32,000 bases of DNA from Devosia enhydra (GCF_900119845.1 NZ_FPKU01000003.1:64145-96144); one strand, 5' to 3'. Shown: positions 9,701 to 17,650, counted from the first letter of the stretch. The notes: generated by a model not told the origin, from the letters alone. Numbers and translations: made by a program.

Positions 9701-10510
9701 GAACCAGGCCACCACCAGCGCCACCCGTTCGAGATTGGGGCAGAGCGCCTGCAATTCGTCGAGAGATAGCGTCCAGTCCGAGAGCGAGGCGCTCTGGTGC
9801 GTATTCTCGTTGCCCGTCGCGCCCGGCCCCAAAAGCCGCACGCGCGGGCTCGGGTCGTATCCAAACTCGGTCGCCCCGGGGATCACCGTCACCGCCCGGA
9901 TCTGCGGCTCGAGGTCGCCGACCACCCGGCAGAGCTCGGCCGAAATATTGGGAATGCGATTGCCGAAACCGGTGAGCGGCAGGCGCTCGAAGACGATGTA
10001 GCAGAGCCCGCGATAGGCCGGCGCCTGCCCGTCTCCCTGCCGCGCCGCGATCAGGCTGTCGACGCCCTGTGTCTCGGTGCCGCCATAAAACCGCATCGTC
10101 ACGGTTTCGGGGTCGAGCAGCTGGCCATCGGCCCACACCCTGCCCAGCCGCTGCACCGCGCCCTCGCAAAACGCCACAGCAAAGCTCGCGGCGATGGTTT
10201 CGGACTCCTCCTCCCGCCCGCCACCCTTGGCGCCGGCCCCCTCCTCGGCGAGCCGTTCGAGCTCGGTCGCCCAGATGATGTTGCCCTCGAGCCGCCCCCA
10301 GCCATAAAGCCTCGGAATCGCGGCGCCCTCGGTCGAACCGGTGAGGCGGATATCGGCGCGCGCTGGTTCGCGCGGGCGCTCGCCAAAGAGCGCACCATCG
10401 ATGGCCGAGCCGGCCAGCGCGCCGAGCGCCCGGCCGATGGTCGCCCCGACGGGGCCGCCCACGAGCCCGCCGGCAAACTGCCCGGCGAGCGATAATGCGA
10501 GTGTTGCCAT
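6725..10510 (-). CDS. GTA g15-type host-specificity/baseplate 'megatron' protein (glycoside hydrolase/phage-tail family)
   Basis: 1261 aa. Gly-zipper N-terminus. Long central region typical of RcGTA g15 and phage J-like proteins. Last gene of the colinear g1-g15 order. Confidence 0.9.
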   Translation of the reverse strand: MATLALSLAGQFAGGLVGGPVGATIGRALGALAGSAIDGALFGERPREPARADIRLTGSTEGAAIPRLYGWGRLEGNIIWATELERLAEEGAGAKGGGREEESETIAASFAVAFCEGAVQRLGRVWADGQLLDPETVTMRFYGGTETQGVDSLIAARQGDGQAPAYRGLCYIVFERLPLTGFGNRIPNISAELCRVVGDLEPQIRAVTVIPGATEFGYDPSPRVRLLGPGATGNENTHQSASLSDWTLSLDELQALCPNLERVALVVAWFGSDLRAGHCTISPKVEASDRTVTGLGWSVAGLTRGTAPVVSQFAGGPAYGGTPSDQSVRAAIADLRARGLSVTLYPIVLMDIAAGNTLPNPYTGEAGQPAHPWRGRITCDPAPGRAGSPEGSGAVETQIAQLVGGTGDWGLRRIVRHYASLAGEAGADALVIGSELVGLTTLRGDGGSYPFVAELMGLAEEARALAGPGVKLTYAADWSEYFGHQPQDGSGDRRFHLDPLWASDAIDAVGIDAYMPIADWRDGDRHADAEAWESPYDLGYLRSGIAGGEGFDWYYADPADRIAGLRTPITDAVHGEPWVWRFKDIVSWWREPHHERIGGVRSPEPTAWVPQSKPIWFTELGCAAVDRGANQPNVFGDAKSAEDGRPYFSAGTPDPLMQRQVLRAHLGHWADGTANPVSSVYGGPMVDLGHIHLWTWDARPFPAFPRDRENWADGVNHVTGHWLTGRLGGLAADELVAAIAADFGVTVNAEAARPPFIHGYRVTGPTNCRAALEPVLEATSLLLRDGPAGLASVAPSRRVVATIEREDLVAGEGAILSRRRPDPGEAVRQFALGYGDRERDYLAGTVTASRFGGGALAGEDFALVLDASGARFAAERLLLARAMSGETLRFALPEAETRLEPGDVVALSGEGEGPFEITELRDAGTRQVVARARVPLVDVAVTAERALPVAPGPAPRALPQVVAAHLPASPANPGQSRLLLAASARPWPGAVTVVDVATGERLSRLTRSASIGTLLEPAPAGPLAVWDAFGSLLIRFGSGHPTSAEDGPVLAGANRLLLQTELGWEVVGYAGAELVAPATYRLTRLLRGLDGTDAGMAPAASGALALVLDDKVALLPMPIGWLGGSADLLAFAGPGDLDGTALDLNAGLGPALPLAPVHLSAIRDPASGDVTLGWIGRSRADPGNWALAEVPADGVPDDWRITISAEGETARVLGVTGRSALYSAADQIADFGALPAAFDFAVQQVSPVLGPGHAGQGVFHD

Positions 10511-10516
10511 TGCTGG

Positions 10517-10963
10517 TCAGCCCTTGCAGGTGTCGGTGAGGGGTGGAAAGCGATAGAGCCCGGCAATGCGCCGGGCCCAGGGGTCGGTGAGGTCGGCCTC
10601 CACCACCCCCAGCCGCTCCTGCGCGTGGATGAAACGATTGGGCGTTACGAGAATGGCGCAGTGGCGCGGCTCGGGCTGGCCCGACAGCCGGAACAGCACC
10701 ACCTGCCCCGCCTCGGGCATCGGCCCGGCCGGCTGCAGCAGCTTTTCAGCCGCCGCCATCAGCGCCCCCTTGTGGCGCGGGTCGCGCAGGCTCGCGCCAT
10801 AGGCGGGCACCGCCATCGGCTCTGTGCCATAAAGGCTCCGCCACACCCCGCGCAAAAGCCCGAGGCAATCGCACCCGGCCCCGAGCGTTGCGGCGCGATG
10901 CCGATAGGGCGTGCCGAGCCAGCTCCGCGCGGTGGTGATGATTGCGTCCGTGTCCGCGTTCAT
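10517..10963 (-). CDS. GTA g14-type NlpC/P60 cell-wall peptidase
   Basis: ARSWLGTPYRHRA...GCDCLGLLRGVW catalytic-Cys motif. ATGA overlap with g13. Confidence 0.9.
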   Translation of the reverse strand: MNADTDAIITTARSWLGTPYRHRAATLGAGCDCLGLLRGVWRSLYGTEPMAVPAYGASLRDPRHKGALMAAAEKLLQPAGPMPEAGQVVLFRLSGQPEPRHCAILVTPNRFIHAQERLGVVEADLTDPWARRIAGLYRFPPLTDTCKG

Positions 10964-11850
10964 GACACCAACGGCCGCCCGTCGAGCACGTCCCCGCTCC
11001 TAGGATAGCGCAGCAGCAGATCGCTGCCGGGCACATGGGGGAAGCCGCGGAAGTTCACGGCATTGGCGAATTTCTCGCGGCAGGTGGCAAAACGCCGGTC
11101 GCAGCCGGCAATGACCACCAGCAGGTCGCCCGCGACGACGCGCTCGCCCACCGGCTCGGCAAAGCCTAGCACGTCGGCCTCACCCTGCCGCGACTGGCTG
11201 ATGATCCGGTCGACAATCCCGCTCCGCCCGCCGCTCGTCCATTGGGCCCGTCCCAGCGTGAACCAGCCGGGCGCAAAGCCTGAAAGCCCCGCCACCTGCA
11301 ACCGATACCGGTCGAGCACCGCCAGCACTTCGAGCTCGGCCCGCAGCGCCGGGGCCGAAACATCCACTCCACAACGGGCATCGCCCAGCTCGGCATCGCA
11401 GAGCGGCTGGCAGATGCGCCCCGAAACCCGCCCCAGCGCCGCCTGGCCAGAGCGCAGTTCGGCGCGAAAGGCGCCATCCTCGCGCACGATCTCGCCGATG
11501 GTCGCCACCGCCATCAGCGCCCGGGTCTCAGGCGCCCGCCAGTTGACGCGATAGGTCTCGACCCGCGCCCCGTCATAGCGCCCGAGCAGGATGTCGGCTT
11601 CCGCGATCGCGTCGGAAGCGATGACGCCCGCCACCTCGCCGGTATCGATCTGCGCCCCGAGCTTGCGCGCCACCTCCCCGCCCTCGAGCCCGCTTGTGGG
11701 CAGAAAATCGGTACCCTCGAACGCCAGCGGCCGGTCATGATCGGTAAACCCCAGCACCACCCCATCGCTGCGCGCGATGCGCCAGCACGTCGCCAGCGTC
11801 GTCGCGCCGGAGGCGATATGGTCCGCAAACGTGTCGGCGAACACTCTCAT
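10960..11850 (-). CDS. GTA g13-type baseplate hub protein (DUF2163 / BR0599 family)
   Basis: 296 aa. Position and sequence (TLATCWRI.R.DG...GFTDHD) match the DUF2163 family. 4-nt overlaps with both neighbours. Confidence 0.85.
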   Translation of the reverse strand: MRVFADTFADHIASGATTLATCWRIARSDGVVLGFTDHDRPLAFEGTDFLPTSGLEGGEVARKLGAQIDTGEVAGVIASDAIAEADILLGRYDGARVETYRVNWRAPETRALMAVATIGEIVREDGAFRAELRSGQAALGRVSGRICQPLCDAELGDARCGVDVSAPALRAELEVLAVLDRYRLQVAGLSGFAPGWFTLGRAQWTSGGRSGIVDRIISQSRQGEADVLGFAEPVGERVVAGDLLVVIAGCDRRFATCREKFANAVNFRGFPHVPGSDLLLRYPRSGDVLDGRPLVS

Positions 11851-12473
11851 TCGAGCACCTCGATCAGCGGAATCACGGGTGCGTCGGCGGCATCGAAGCC
11901 CGAAAGCTCGATATCGAGCCGGTCGGTATCGAAGCGCACCGGCACGTCGAAGACAAAGCCAGCCGTCAGCGCCGTGCCCTCGGCGGGCGGGGACGCAAAC
12001 GCCACGAGCCCGGTCAGCGCATCGACCGAGACCCCCTCCGAAAGCTCCACCCCATCCACCGCCACCCGCACCGTGCCGGCGACGGGCTTGGTGATCGGCC
12101 GCAGATAGGGATCGAAGCTCGCGCCATAGCGCTTGACCAGCTGGAACGTCGCGGTCTCCCCATCCCCCAGCCCCAGCGGCTGGTCGAGCGGCGTCGGCGC
12201 CCCGCCCGAAGGCGCCGAGGAATGGTCGAGCCCGTCACGCCACAGGAACGCGTGGAACCGCCCGCGCCGCTCCTCGAAAAACCCCAGTACCGCCTGCATG
12301 TCGGCGCGGCTCTTGATGCCATAGCCGGCATTATAGCGGCGGCGCGACTGCGCCCAGCGGCTGTTGCGCGCCTCGCGACCGCTGGCGAGCGTCACGATAT
12401 CGGTCGCCCGCTCCGGCCCGCCGCGCGCGCCCAGCGCAATGTCGAGCGGAAAGCGGATCGCATGGAATGCCAT
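11847..12473 (-). CDS. GTA g12-type distal tail protein (DUF2460)
   Basis: 208 aa starting MAFHAIRFPLDIALGARGGPE, typical of DUF2460. Colinear position. Confidence 0.85.
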   Translation of the reverse strand: MAFHAIRFPLDIALGARGGPERATDIVTLASGREARNSRWAQSRRRYNAGYGIKSRADMQAVLGFFEERRGRFHAFLWRDGLDHSSAPSGGAPTPLDQPLGLGDGETATFQLVKRYGASFDPYLRPITKPVAGTVRVAVDGVELSEGVSVDALTGLVAFASPPAEGTALTAGFVFDVPVRFDTDRLDIELSGFDAADAPVIPLIEVLE

Positions 12474-12476
12474 GGC

Positions 12477-13031
12477 TCAGCTCCCCCGCGATCCGCGCCG
12501 CACGGCGCGCAAAAGCATCGCGCCGATTTCGGCCTCGCTCGCGATCACCGAGCGCGCGTCGCTGGCATTGATGGTGACCGAGAGCGACACCCCGCCCCCG
12601 CCGCCCGGCATCGCCACCCCCAGCCGGCCGTCGCTGCCGCGTCGCAGCGGAAGGATCGCCTCGGGTCCCGCTTCGCCCGCAAGCCCCGTACCACGCCCGA
12701 GCGGAAAATAGGTTGGCGTCGCGATCACCCCGCCCTTGGCGAAGGGGGTCACACCCGATAGCGCCGGGTTGGTGCCGGCAAACAGCGTCGTGATCGCCCC
12801 TTCCACCAGCGTGCCCAAGGGCTTGAACGCCGCCTTGAGCGCGATGTCGGAAAAGCTGCGGGCGATCTCGCCCAGCACGCCGTTGAGCGAGCGCCCATCC
12901 AGAACCGCGCCGCGAAAGGCGCGCGAGAGCGTCCGCGACACCCCTTCGGCGAGATCGTCGATGCGGTCGAGTTCGAGCGACACATCGCCCAGTTCCTCGC
13001 CCAGCCGGGTCGATGAAAAGCCGTCAGCCAT
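12477..13031 (-). CDS. GTA g11-type short tail tape-measure protein
   Basis: 184 aa. C-terminal GEAGPEAILPL motif typical of RcGTA-like tape measures. Overlaps g10.1 by 8 nt. Confidence 0.8.
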   Translation of the reverse strand: MADGFSSTRLGEELGDVSLELDRIDDLAEGVSRTLSRAFRGAVLDGRSLNGVLGEIARSFSDIALKAAFKPLGTLVEGAITTLFAGTNPALSGVTPFAKGGVIATPTYFPLGRGTGLAGEAGPEAILPLRRGSDGRLGVAMPGGGGGVSLSVTINASDARSVIASEAEIGAMLLRAVRRGSRGS

Positions 13032-13227
13032 CCCTTGCCTCCCTGTCTGGAAATTGCGCCATCAGCGCCTCGAGTCCGGCGCGCCCCAGCGCTGCCCCGC
13101 GCTGGCCGAACACCCCCTCATGGGCGCGCGCCAGTTCCAAGGGCGTCATGGCCCAGAAGGCTTTGGGCGAAAGCTTCAGCACGCCGAGCCCAAAGCGCAT
13201 CGCCTCGGCCCAGGGAAACGGCGCCAT
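13024..13227 (-). CDS. GTA g10.1-type tail assembly chaperone (rcc01693 family)
   Basis: About 67 aa (MAPFPWAEAMRFGLGVLKLSPKAFWAMTPLEL). ATG 13227 overlaps the g10 stop (TGATG). A GTG at 13230 is the alternative start. Confidence 0.8.
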   Translation of the reverse strand: MAPFPWAEAMRFGLGVLKLSPKAFWAMTPLELARAHEGVFGQRGAALGRAGLEALMAQFPDREARDG

Positions 13228-13541
13228 CACCCCACCTCCCCGAAGGTGGCGCGCAGCAGCCGCGCCGCGATCTCGGCGGCCCCGCGCAAGCCGCCCTCGA
13301 CGCTCATCTGCGCCAACTCGTCATCGGTCACATTATTGCCACCGCCGCGCAGCCCGGCCCCGATGATGGCCGTCAGGTCCCGTGCGCTCACCTTCCCCGC
13401 TCCGAAGCGCTCGGCCAGCCCCGCGAGGTCCCCCGCCCCCAGCCGCTCTTCGAGCTCGGCCAGCGCCCCCAGCGTCAGGCACAGCGTCCGCACCTCGCCC
13501 CCGATCGATGCGGCAATCTCGCCGCGATGAGAATTGGCCAT
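13227..13541 (-). CDS. GTA g10-type tail assembly chaperone ('gene transfer agent family protein')
   Basis: MANSHRGEIAASIGGEVRTLCLTLGALAELE... matches the GTA gp10 family. The ORF-track start at 13568 is trimmed to ATG 13541. Confidence 0.8.
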   Translation of the reverse strand: MANSHRGEIAASIGGEVRTLCLTLGALAELEERLGAGDLAGLAERFGAGKVSARDLTAIIGAGLRGGGNNVTDDELAQMSVEGGLRGAAEIAARLLRATFGEVG

Positions 13542-13635
13542 TGCCTGTCTCTTGATGGTTGAAATCATTCGTTCGCCAGCCGCCGCCGAACGCGATCATC
13601 GCGAGGCTCTTGCTCTGCAGCTTGCCCCTCACCCG

Positions 13636-13711
13636 GTCGTCCCTGCGAAAGCAGGGACCTCTGTTTGAGAGGCAAGCGCAGCAACGGAGGTCCCTGCTTC
13701 GCAGGGACGAC
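13636..13711. repeat. REP/MITE-like double-hairpin palindrome, family C (GTCGTCCCTGCGAAAGCAGGGACCTC ... inverted copy)
   Basis: Near-perfect roughly 26-nt inverted arms, each itself a hairpin. A second full copy is at 15769-15846 and a half copy at 21804-21843. Confidence 0.85.
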
Positions 13712-13751
13712 AGCGGACGGGGCGGCAGTCGCCCCACCCACGGAGCCCCCT

Positions 13752-13772
13752 CCTCCCCCTTCACGGGGGAGG
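13752..13772. repeat. GC hairpin CCTCCCCC-ttcac-GGGGGAGG (family D-like)
   Basis: 8-bp perfect stem read directly. Related to the CTCCCCTCAAGGGGAG palindromes at 29.4-29.6 kb and 30.77 kb. Confidence 0.7.
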
Positions 13773-13809
13773 CCGGGAGGGGGTGCGCCCCACACACCGA
13801 CGCAGCGCG

Positions 13810-14223
13810 CTAAAGCGCCGCGAACCCCACCGCCCCGGCACTTTCGAGCGCCAGCTCGAAGGTCACCTCACCGGCATGGTCGGCGGAAAATTCCAGCGCC
13901 ACGATCTGGAACGGGCCGGAAACCGTGCCGAAGCCGGGCAGCAGCAGCTGCCAGGTGCGGATGGTGCCGGCAAAGAACAGCGCCCGCACCTCTTCGTCCG
14001 ACGCCTGGTCCTTGAATACACCCGAACCCGAGATCGCGGCGCGCCGCACGCCGCCGCCTTCGAGCAGTTCGCGCCAGCGCCCGGCGCTTTCGGCGTCGGT
14101 CACGTCCACCGGCGCGGCGTTGAAGGCGAGGCTGCGCGTGCGCAAGCCGGCGACGGTCAGATAATCGCCCGATCCGGTGCGGTCGAGCTTCACGAGCATG
14201 TCCTTGCCGCTCTGGGCTGCCAT
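13810..14223 (-). CDS. GTA g9-type major tail (tube) protein, TP901-1 family
   Basis: 137 aa, MAAQSGKDMLVKLD...LTVAGLRTRSLAFNA. AAGGA ribosome-binding site upstream. Confidence 0.9.
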   Translation of the reverse strand: MAAQSGKDMLVKLDRTGSGDYLTVAGLRTRSLAFNAAPVDVTDAESAGRWRELLEGGGVRRAAISGSGVFKDQASDEEVRALFFAGTIRTWQLLLPGFGTVSGPFQIVALEFSADHAGEVTFELALESAGAVGFAAL

Positions 14224-14255
14224 GGCTGATGATCCTTGTTGGGGTGAAAGGCGGG

Positions 14256-14666
14256 TCAGGCCGAGGGTTCGGTGAAAAGTCCCAGCGTCAGCGTGGCGCG
14301 GGCCCGGCCGGTGCGGGCATCGATCGCCGTTTCGGTGCGCTCGTGGCGCCTCAGCGTCACTGCCAGCCCATCGGGAGCAAGCGGCGCATCGAGCGCCACC
14401 GCGACCAGCCGGTCGACGATCGCCAGCGCCTCCTTGCGGCTCGGCCCCGCCGCCCAGGCCTGCAAAACCAGCCGGTGCGTGTGTCCGGGCGCGAGGTCAC
14501 CATCGCGCGGGGCGATGTCGTGGCGAAAAATGGTGACATAGGGCGGCTCGCGTCCGCGCGGCGGCGCATCGAACACGCCATCGGCCCCGATCAGCGCCAC
14601 CAGTACAGCGTCATCGGCAAAAGCTGCGCGCAGTGCTCCCTGCAGCGCCAGAATGGGGTGGGTCAT
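14256..14666 (-). CDS. GTA g8-type tail terminator (DUF3168)
   Basis: 136 aa. Colinear position between g7 and g9. DUF3168-like sequence. Confidence 0.8.
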   Translation of the reverse strand: MTHPILALQGALRAAFADDAVLVALIGADGVFDAPPRGREPPYVTIFRHDIAPRDGDLAPGHTHRLVLQAWAAGPSRKEALAIVDRLVAVALDAPLAPDGLAVTLRRHERTETAIDARTGRARATLTLGLFTEPSA

Positions 14667-14670
14667 GGCG

Positions 14671-15012
14671 CTATCCCGTCGTCAGGGTTTCGCTGCAGGC
14701 GCAGGCGATGAAGGCGCGTCGCCCATCGATATCCTCGGCTCGCTCGACAAAGAGATGCCGGCCCCGCGCCGTCAGCCGATCCCCCGGCTTCACGTCGCCC
14801 CGGTAGCGCAGCGTCACCATATGGGTGATGGTCACGCCGCGCCCGTCGGCCTCGGCCTGCCTGCGGCTCGAGAGCGCCCGCACCCGCCCCCAGAGGGTCG
14901 CAACGGGCATGTAGACCACGCCATGCCCACCCTCGGGTTCCGCCGTCATCTCCTTGCGGGCAAAACCGATCCGGTCACGCAAGAGGCCGATCGCGGGCAG
15001 CGTCTCGCTCAC
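14671..15012 (-). CDS. GTA g7-type head-tail adaptor/stopper (head-closure family)
   Basis: 113 aa. Overlaps the g6 stop by 4 nt. Sequence ...VTLRYR.D...GDRL... is typical of the head-closure family. Confidence 0.8.
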   Translation of the reverse strand: MSETLPAIGLLRDRIGFARKEMTAEPEGGHGVVYMPVATLWGRVRALSSRRQAEADGRGVTITHMVTLRYRGDVKPGDRLTARGRHLFVERAEDIDGRRAFIACACSETLTTG

Positions 15013-15584
15013 AGCCGCACCCTCCGCCAGGGGGTCAGCAGCGTATCGATGCCCATGGGCACGATGCTGCCCGATCCGGCGAGGATCACCGCGTCGCGGT
15101 TCTCGAACCAGTGCGCAACGAGCCGCAGCAGCGCCAGCCGCAGCCCCTCGGGCACATCCTCCGGCGCCTCGCCGAAGCCGGCGATGAAGTCGATCTCGAG
15201 CCCCTGCCGCTCCCGCAGGGGCGGCTGCGCCAGCAGGCGCGGCAGAAACAAGCGGGGCGGATGCGATCCGCTTTCGGGCATAATGCCGGCCAGCGGCACC
15301 GCCTGCGCCACCCCGTCGCCGTCATAGGCGGTAATGGCCTCGAGGCTAATCAGCGGGCCGATCGGCAGCGGCACGATCCGGTTGGCGGGAAACGCATCGC
15401 GCACCAGCCGCCAGCTCTGGGCGATCAGCGCCCGCCCCGTCACCGCCTCGACATGGATGCGCGCGGCGGTGACGAGCGTTGCAACCAGCCCATCCTCGCC
15501 CTCGCCATCGAGCCGCAGATGCGCCCGCGCCTCGGCAAGGCTCACAGGCTCCACAGCGGGCCCCGCCAGGAGATAGGAAGTCAT
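15009..15584 (-). CDS. GTA g6-type head-tail connector (gp6-like)
   Basis: ORF-track ORF trimmed to ATG 15584 (MTSYLLAGPAVEPVSLAEARAHLRLD...), which is preceded by AAGGA. The discarded N-terminal extension runs into repeat DNA. Confidence 0.8.
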   Translation of the reverse strand: MTSYLLAGPAVEPVSLAEARAHLRLDGEGEDGLVATLVTAARIHVEAVTGRALIAQSWRLVRDAFPANRIVPLPIGPLISLEAITAYDGDGVAQAVPLAGIMPESGSHPPRLFLPRLLAQPPLRERQGLEIDFIAGFGEAPEDVPEGLRLALLRLVAHWFENRDAVILAGSGSIVPMGIDTLLTPWRRVRL

Positions 15585-15691
15585 GGCAATGTCCTTGGTT
15601 ATGAATGGCGAGAGGGCCTGCGCCCGGACGGACCGTGGCAGCCTGGCACTCAGTCCCCCCGGAGGCTCCATCGCCACCGGAGACCTCGGAG

Positions 15692-15740
15692 GCCCTCATC
15701 CTGAGGAGCCTCGACAGAGGCGTCTCGAAGGACGAGAGCC
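15692..15740. repeat. REP-like palindrome, family A/B short form (GCCCTCATCCTGAGG...CGTCTCGAAGGACGAG)
   Basis: Inverted arms of the CCTC(A/G)T(C/G)CT..GAGG type shared with the copies listed below. Confidence 0.75.
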
Positions 15741-15768
15741 GGGCACCCCATCCCGCCCCCACCCCTGG

Positions 15769-15846
15769 GTCGTCCCTGCGAAAGCAGGGACCTCCGTTTG
15801 CGATGCGGACGGGCCAACAGAGGTTCCTGCTTCCGCAGGAACGACC
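15769..15846. repeat. family C double-hairpin palindrome (second copy)
   Basis: GTCGTCCCTGCGAAAGCAGGGACCTCCGTTTG...GAGGTTCCTGCTTCCGCAGGAACGAC. The left arm is identical to 13636-13661. Confidence 0.85.
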
Positions 15847-15870
15847 CGGTAGAGGGGGAGAAACGATTAG

Positions 15871-15926
15871 CCCGAACCTCGTCCTTCGAGGCCCCGCTGA
15901 TGCGGGGCGCCTCAGGATGAGGTTCG
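15871..15926 (-). terminator. nested stem-loop (family A REP) starting 6 nt after the g5 capsid stop; candidate leaky terminator or mRNA stabiliser
   Basis: CCGAACCTC(G/A)TCCT.GAGGC outer arms around the inner hairpin CCCCGC-tgat-GCGGGG. Followed on the mRNA strand by CTAATCGTTTCT. Confidence 0.5.
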
Positions 15927-15932
15927 GTCGCC

Positions 15933-17171
15933 TCAGCTCGCGGCGAACTTCAGCAGCTTGATGGCGTCGAAATCCTGCACGCCGCCGCCGACACGCTTGG
16001 TGGTGTAGAACAGCACATGCGGCTTGGCCGAATAGGGATCGCGCAGCACATTCACCCCCTGCCGGTCGACCACGAGATAGCCGCGCCGGAAGTCGCCGAA
16101 GGCGATCGGGGTGGCCGCAGCCCCGATATCGGGCATGTCCTCGGCCTCAACCAGCGGGAAGCCGAGCAGGGTCGAGCGGCCGCCCGCGCCCGCCGCCGGC
16201 TGCCAGAGATAATTGCCATCGGCATCCTTGAACTTGCGGATCGCCCCTTGCGTCCTGCGGTTCATCACCCAGCTGGCATTCTGGCGATAGCCGGCCTTGA
16301 GGGTGTAGACGAGGGCGACCAGCACGTCGCTCTCGTCCTCGGCCGGCCAGTCGCCCGAAACGCCGGTCGGCAGATACCCGATCTTGCCCCACTCCCAATC
16401 GTCCTCGGCCGCCTGGGTGTAGTTGAGAAAGCCGCGCGGGCGGTTGGTGCCGTTGCCCGAAACGAAGGCCGTGGTCTCCTGCGCCGCGAACGCCGCGTTC
16501 ACCTCGTCGGCCAGCCAGGCCCCCACATCCACCGCCGCATCATCGAGAAAGGCCGAGGTCGCCGCCGGCATGGCGTAGAGTTCCGCGGCCGGAAAGGCGA
16601 GGGAATCGAGGGTGGGCGATGCCGTCTCCGGCCGCGCCGCCGTCTCCCCGGCCCAGCCGGCCGCCGGCCCGGTCAGGGTGACCGGCTTGCGATAGGTGCC
16701 CGAGGAGATCACCCGCACCCCGGCTATGGCGCGGATGGGCGACAGCGCCGTCATCAGCCGGGTGATGGCTGCCTCGGTCTCTTGGGGCACCACATAGCCG
16801 CCATCGGGGTTCGAGCCGATCGAGAGCGCCTTTTCCTCGCCGCGCTTCACATAGGCGGCAAAGGCCTGCTTGTACTCGTCGGCGGCGGCCGGGCTCCCGC
16901 CATCGAGCTGCGGCCGGGCCCGGTCCACCGCCTGCCGGTCGAGCGCCGCCTTGGCCCCGTCGATGGCGCGGTTGAGGCGGTCGAGCTTGTCATCGATCAG
17001 CGTATCGGAGGATCCGCGCCGCTCGATGCGGTCGAGCCGCTCGTCATTGGTCTGCTTGAAGGTCTCGAAGGCGTGCATCAGCTCGCCCAGAAGCGCCTCG
17101 GCGCCGCCGGCCACGGGCTGGGCCCCGGCGCCGGCCTTGGTCTCGAAGGCATCGGTTGAAAAATCGGTCAT
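15933..17171 (-). CDS. GTA g5-type major capsid protein (HK97 fold)
   Basis: About 412 aa from ATG 17171 (MTDFSTDAFETK...), preceded by GAGGG. N-terminal scaffold-like coiled coil, then an HK97-type body (...YRKPV..., ...FGDF.RGY.VVDR). Confidence 0.9.
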   Translation of the reverse strand: MTDFSTDAFETKAGAGAQPVAGGAEALLGELMHAFETFKQTNDERLDRIERRGSSDTLIDDKLDRLNRAIDGAKAALDRQAVDRARPQLDGGSPAAADEYKQAFAAYVKRGEEKALSIGSNPDGGYVVPQETEAAITRLMTALSPIRAIAGVRVISSGTYRKPVTLTGPAAGWAGETAARPETASPTLDSLAFPAAELYAMPAATSAFLDDAAVDVGAWLADEVNAAFAAQETTAFVSGNGTNRPRGFLNYTQAAEDDWEWGKIGYLPTGVSGDWPAEDESDVLVALVYTLKAGYRQNASWVMNRRTQGAIRKFKDADGNYLWQPAAGAGGRSTLLGFPLVEAEDMPDIGAAATPIAFGDFRRGYLVVDRQGVNVLRDPYSAKPHVLFYTTKRVGGGVQDFDAIKLLKFAAS

Positions 17172-17176
17172 CGGGT

Positions 17177-17650
17177 TCATCCCTCGTTGCGGATTGCGGA
17201 AAAGCGCCGGTGGCGCGCGATGCGGGCGGCGTCGAGCATGGGAAAGGTGACGATGGAGATTTCCCACAGGTCGACCTGCCAGAGCCTGCGGCCCCCGCTC
17301 ACCGGCTCGCGCGTGGCGCGCCGTGTGCGAAAGCCGATGGACAGCCCGTCGAGCGCGCCCTTTTCGATCAGCCGCCGCAGCGCATCGGCGCGCGGCACGC
17401 CGGGCACCAGCCGGCCCTCGGCCCAGAGGCCGAAGCCGTCCTCGACGAGCTTTTCCCAGATGCCGACGGGCTCTTTCGGGTCATGCTGGAAGAGCAGGCG
17501 CACCTGCTCATGCCCGCGCGCTGCGAGGCTTTTGGCGAAGGCACCCTTCATCACGATGTCGCCGGTGTCGTCGGGGCGGCCGAATACGCTGGCATAGCCG
17601 GCGAACTGCCCCTCCTCGTCGATGGCGATATGGCGGGAGGCGAGCGCCAT
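17177..17650 (-). CDS. GTA g4-type HK97-family prohead protease
   Basis: 157 aa from ATG 17650 (GGAG 9-12 nt upstream). FAGYASVFGRPDDTGDIVMKGAF and LSIGF motifs. The 174-codon in-frame upstream extension is Arg/Pro-rich junk. Confidence 0.85.
   Translation of the reverse strand: MALASRHIAIDEEGQFAGYASVFGRPDDTGDIVMKGAFAKSLAARGHEQVRLLFQHDPKEPVGIWEKLVEDGFGLWAEGRLVPGVPRADALRRLIEKGALDGLSIGFRTRRATREPVSGGRRLWQVDLWEISIVTFPMLDAARIARHRRFSAIRNEG

Noticed and set aside
7391-9769. 792-aa plus-strand ORF inside g15
   Set aside because: Antisense shadow of the g15 gene. Low-complexity, Arg/Pro-rich translation with no recognisable domain.
13224-13232. Possible programmed frameshift between tail chaperones g10 and g10.1
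   Set aside because: The junction is a simple TGATG stop/start overlap, with its own ATG (or GTG) for g10.1. No slippery heptamer was seen, so separate initiation is the simpler reading.
13333-13813. ORFs of 76-154 aa on both strands in the g10-g9 gap; likewise 15346-15961, 21477-22074 and 24036-24578
   Set aside because: They lie on palindromic repeat DNA and are readable on both strands. They yield the stereotyped repeat peptides (VVPAKAGTS.., LRSLDRGVSKDE.., SDPQGPGAPVERP..). There is no RBS or coding bias.
16017-17159. 380-aa plus-strand ORF opposite the capsid gene; likewise 25360-26814 and 26613-28148 opposite the PG-binding and kinase genes
   Set aside because: All are antisense shadows with Arg/Gly/Pro/His-rich composition. 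The opposite strands carry clear domain signatures.
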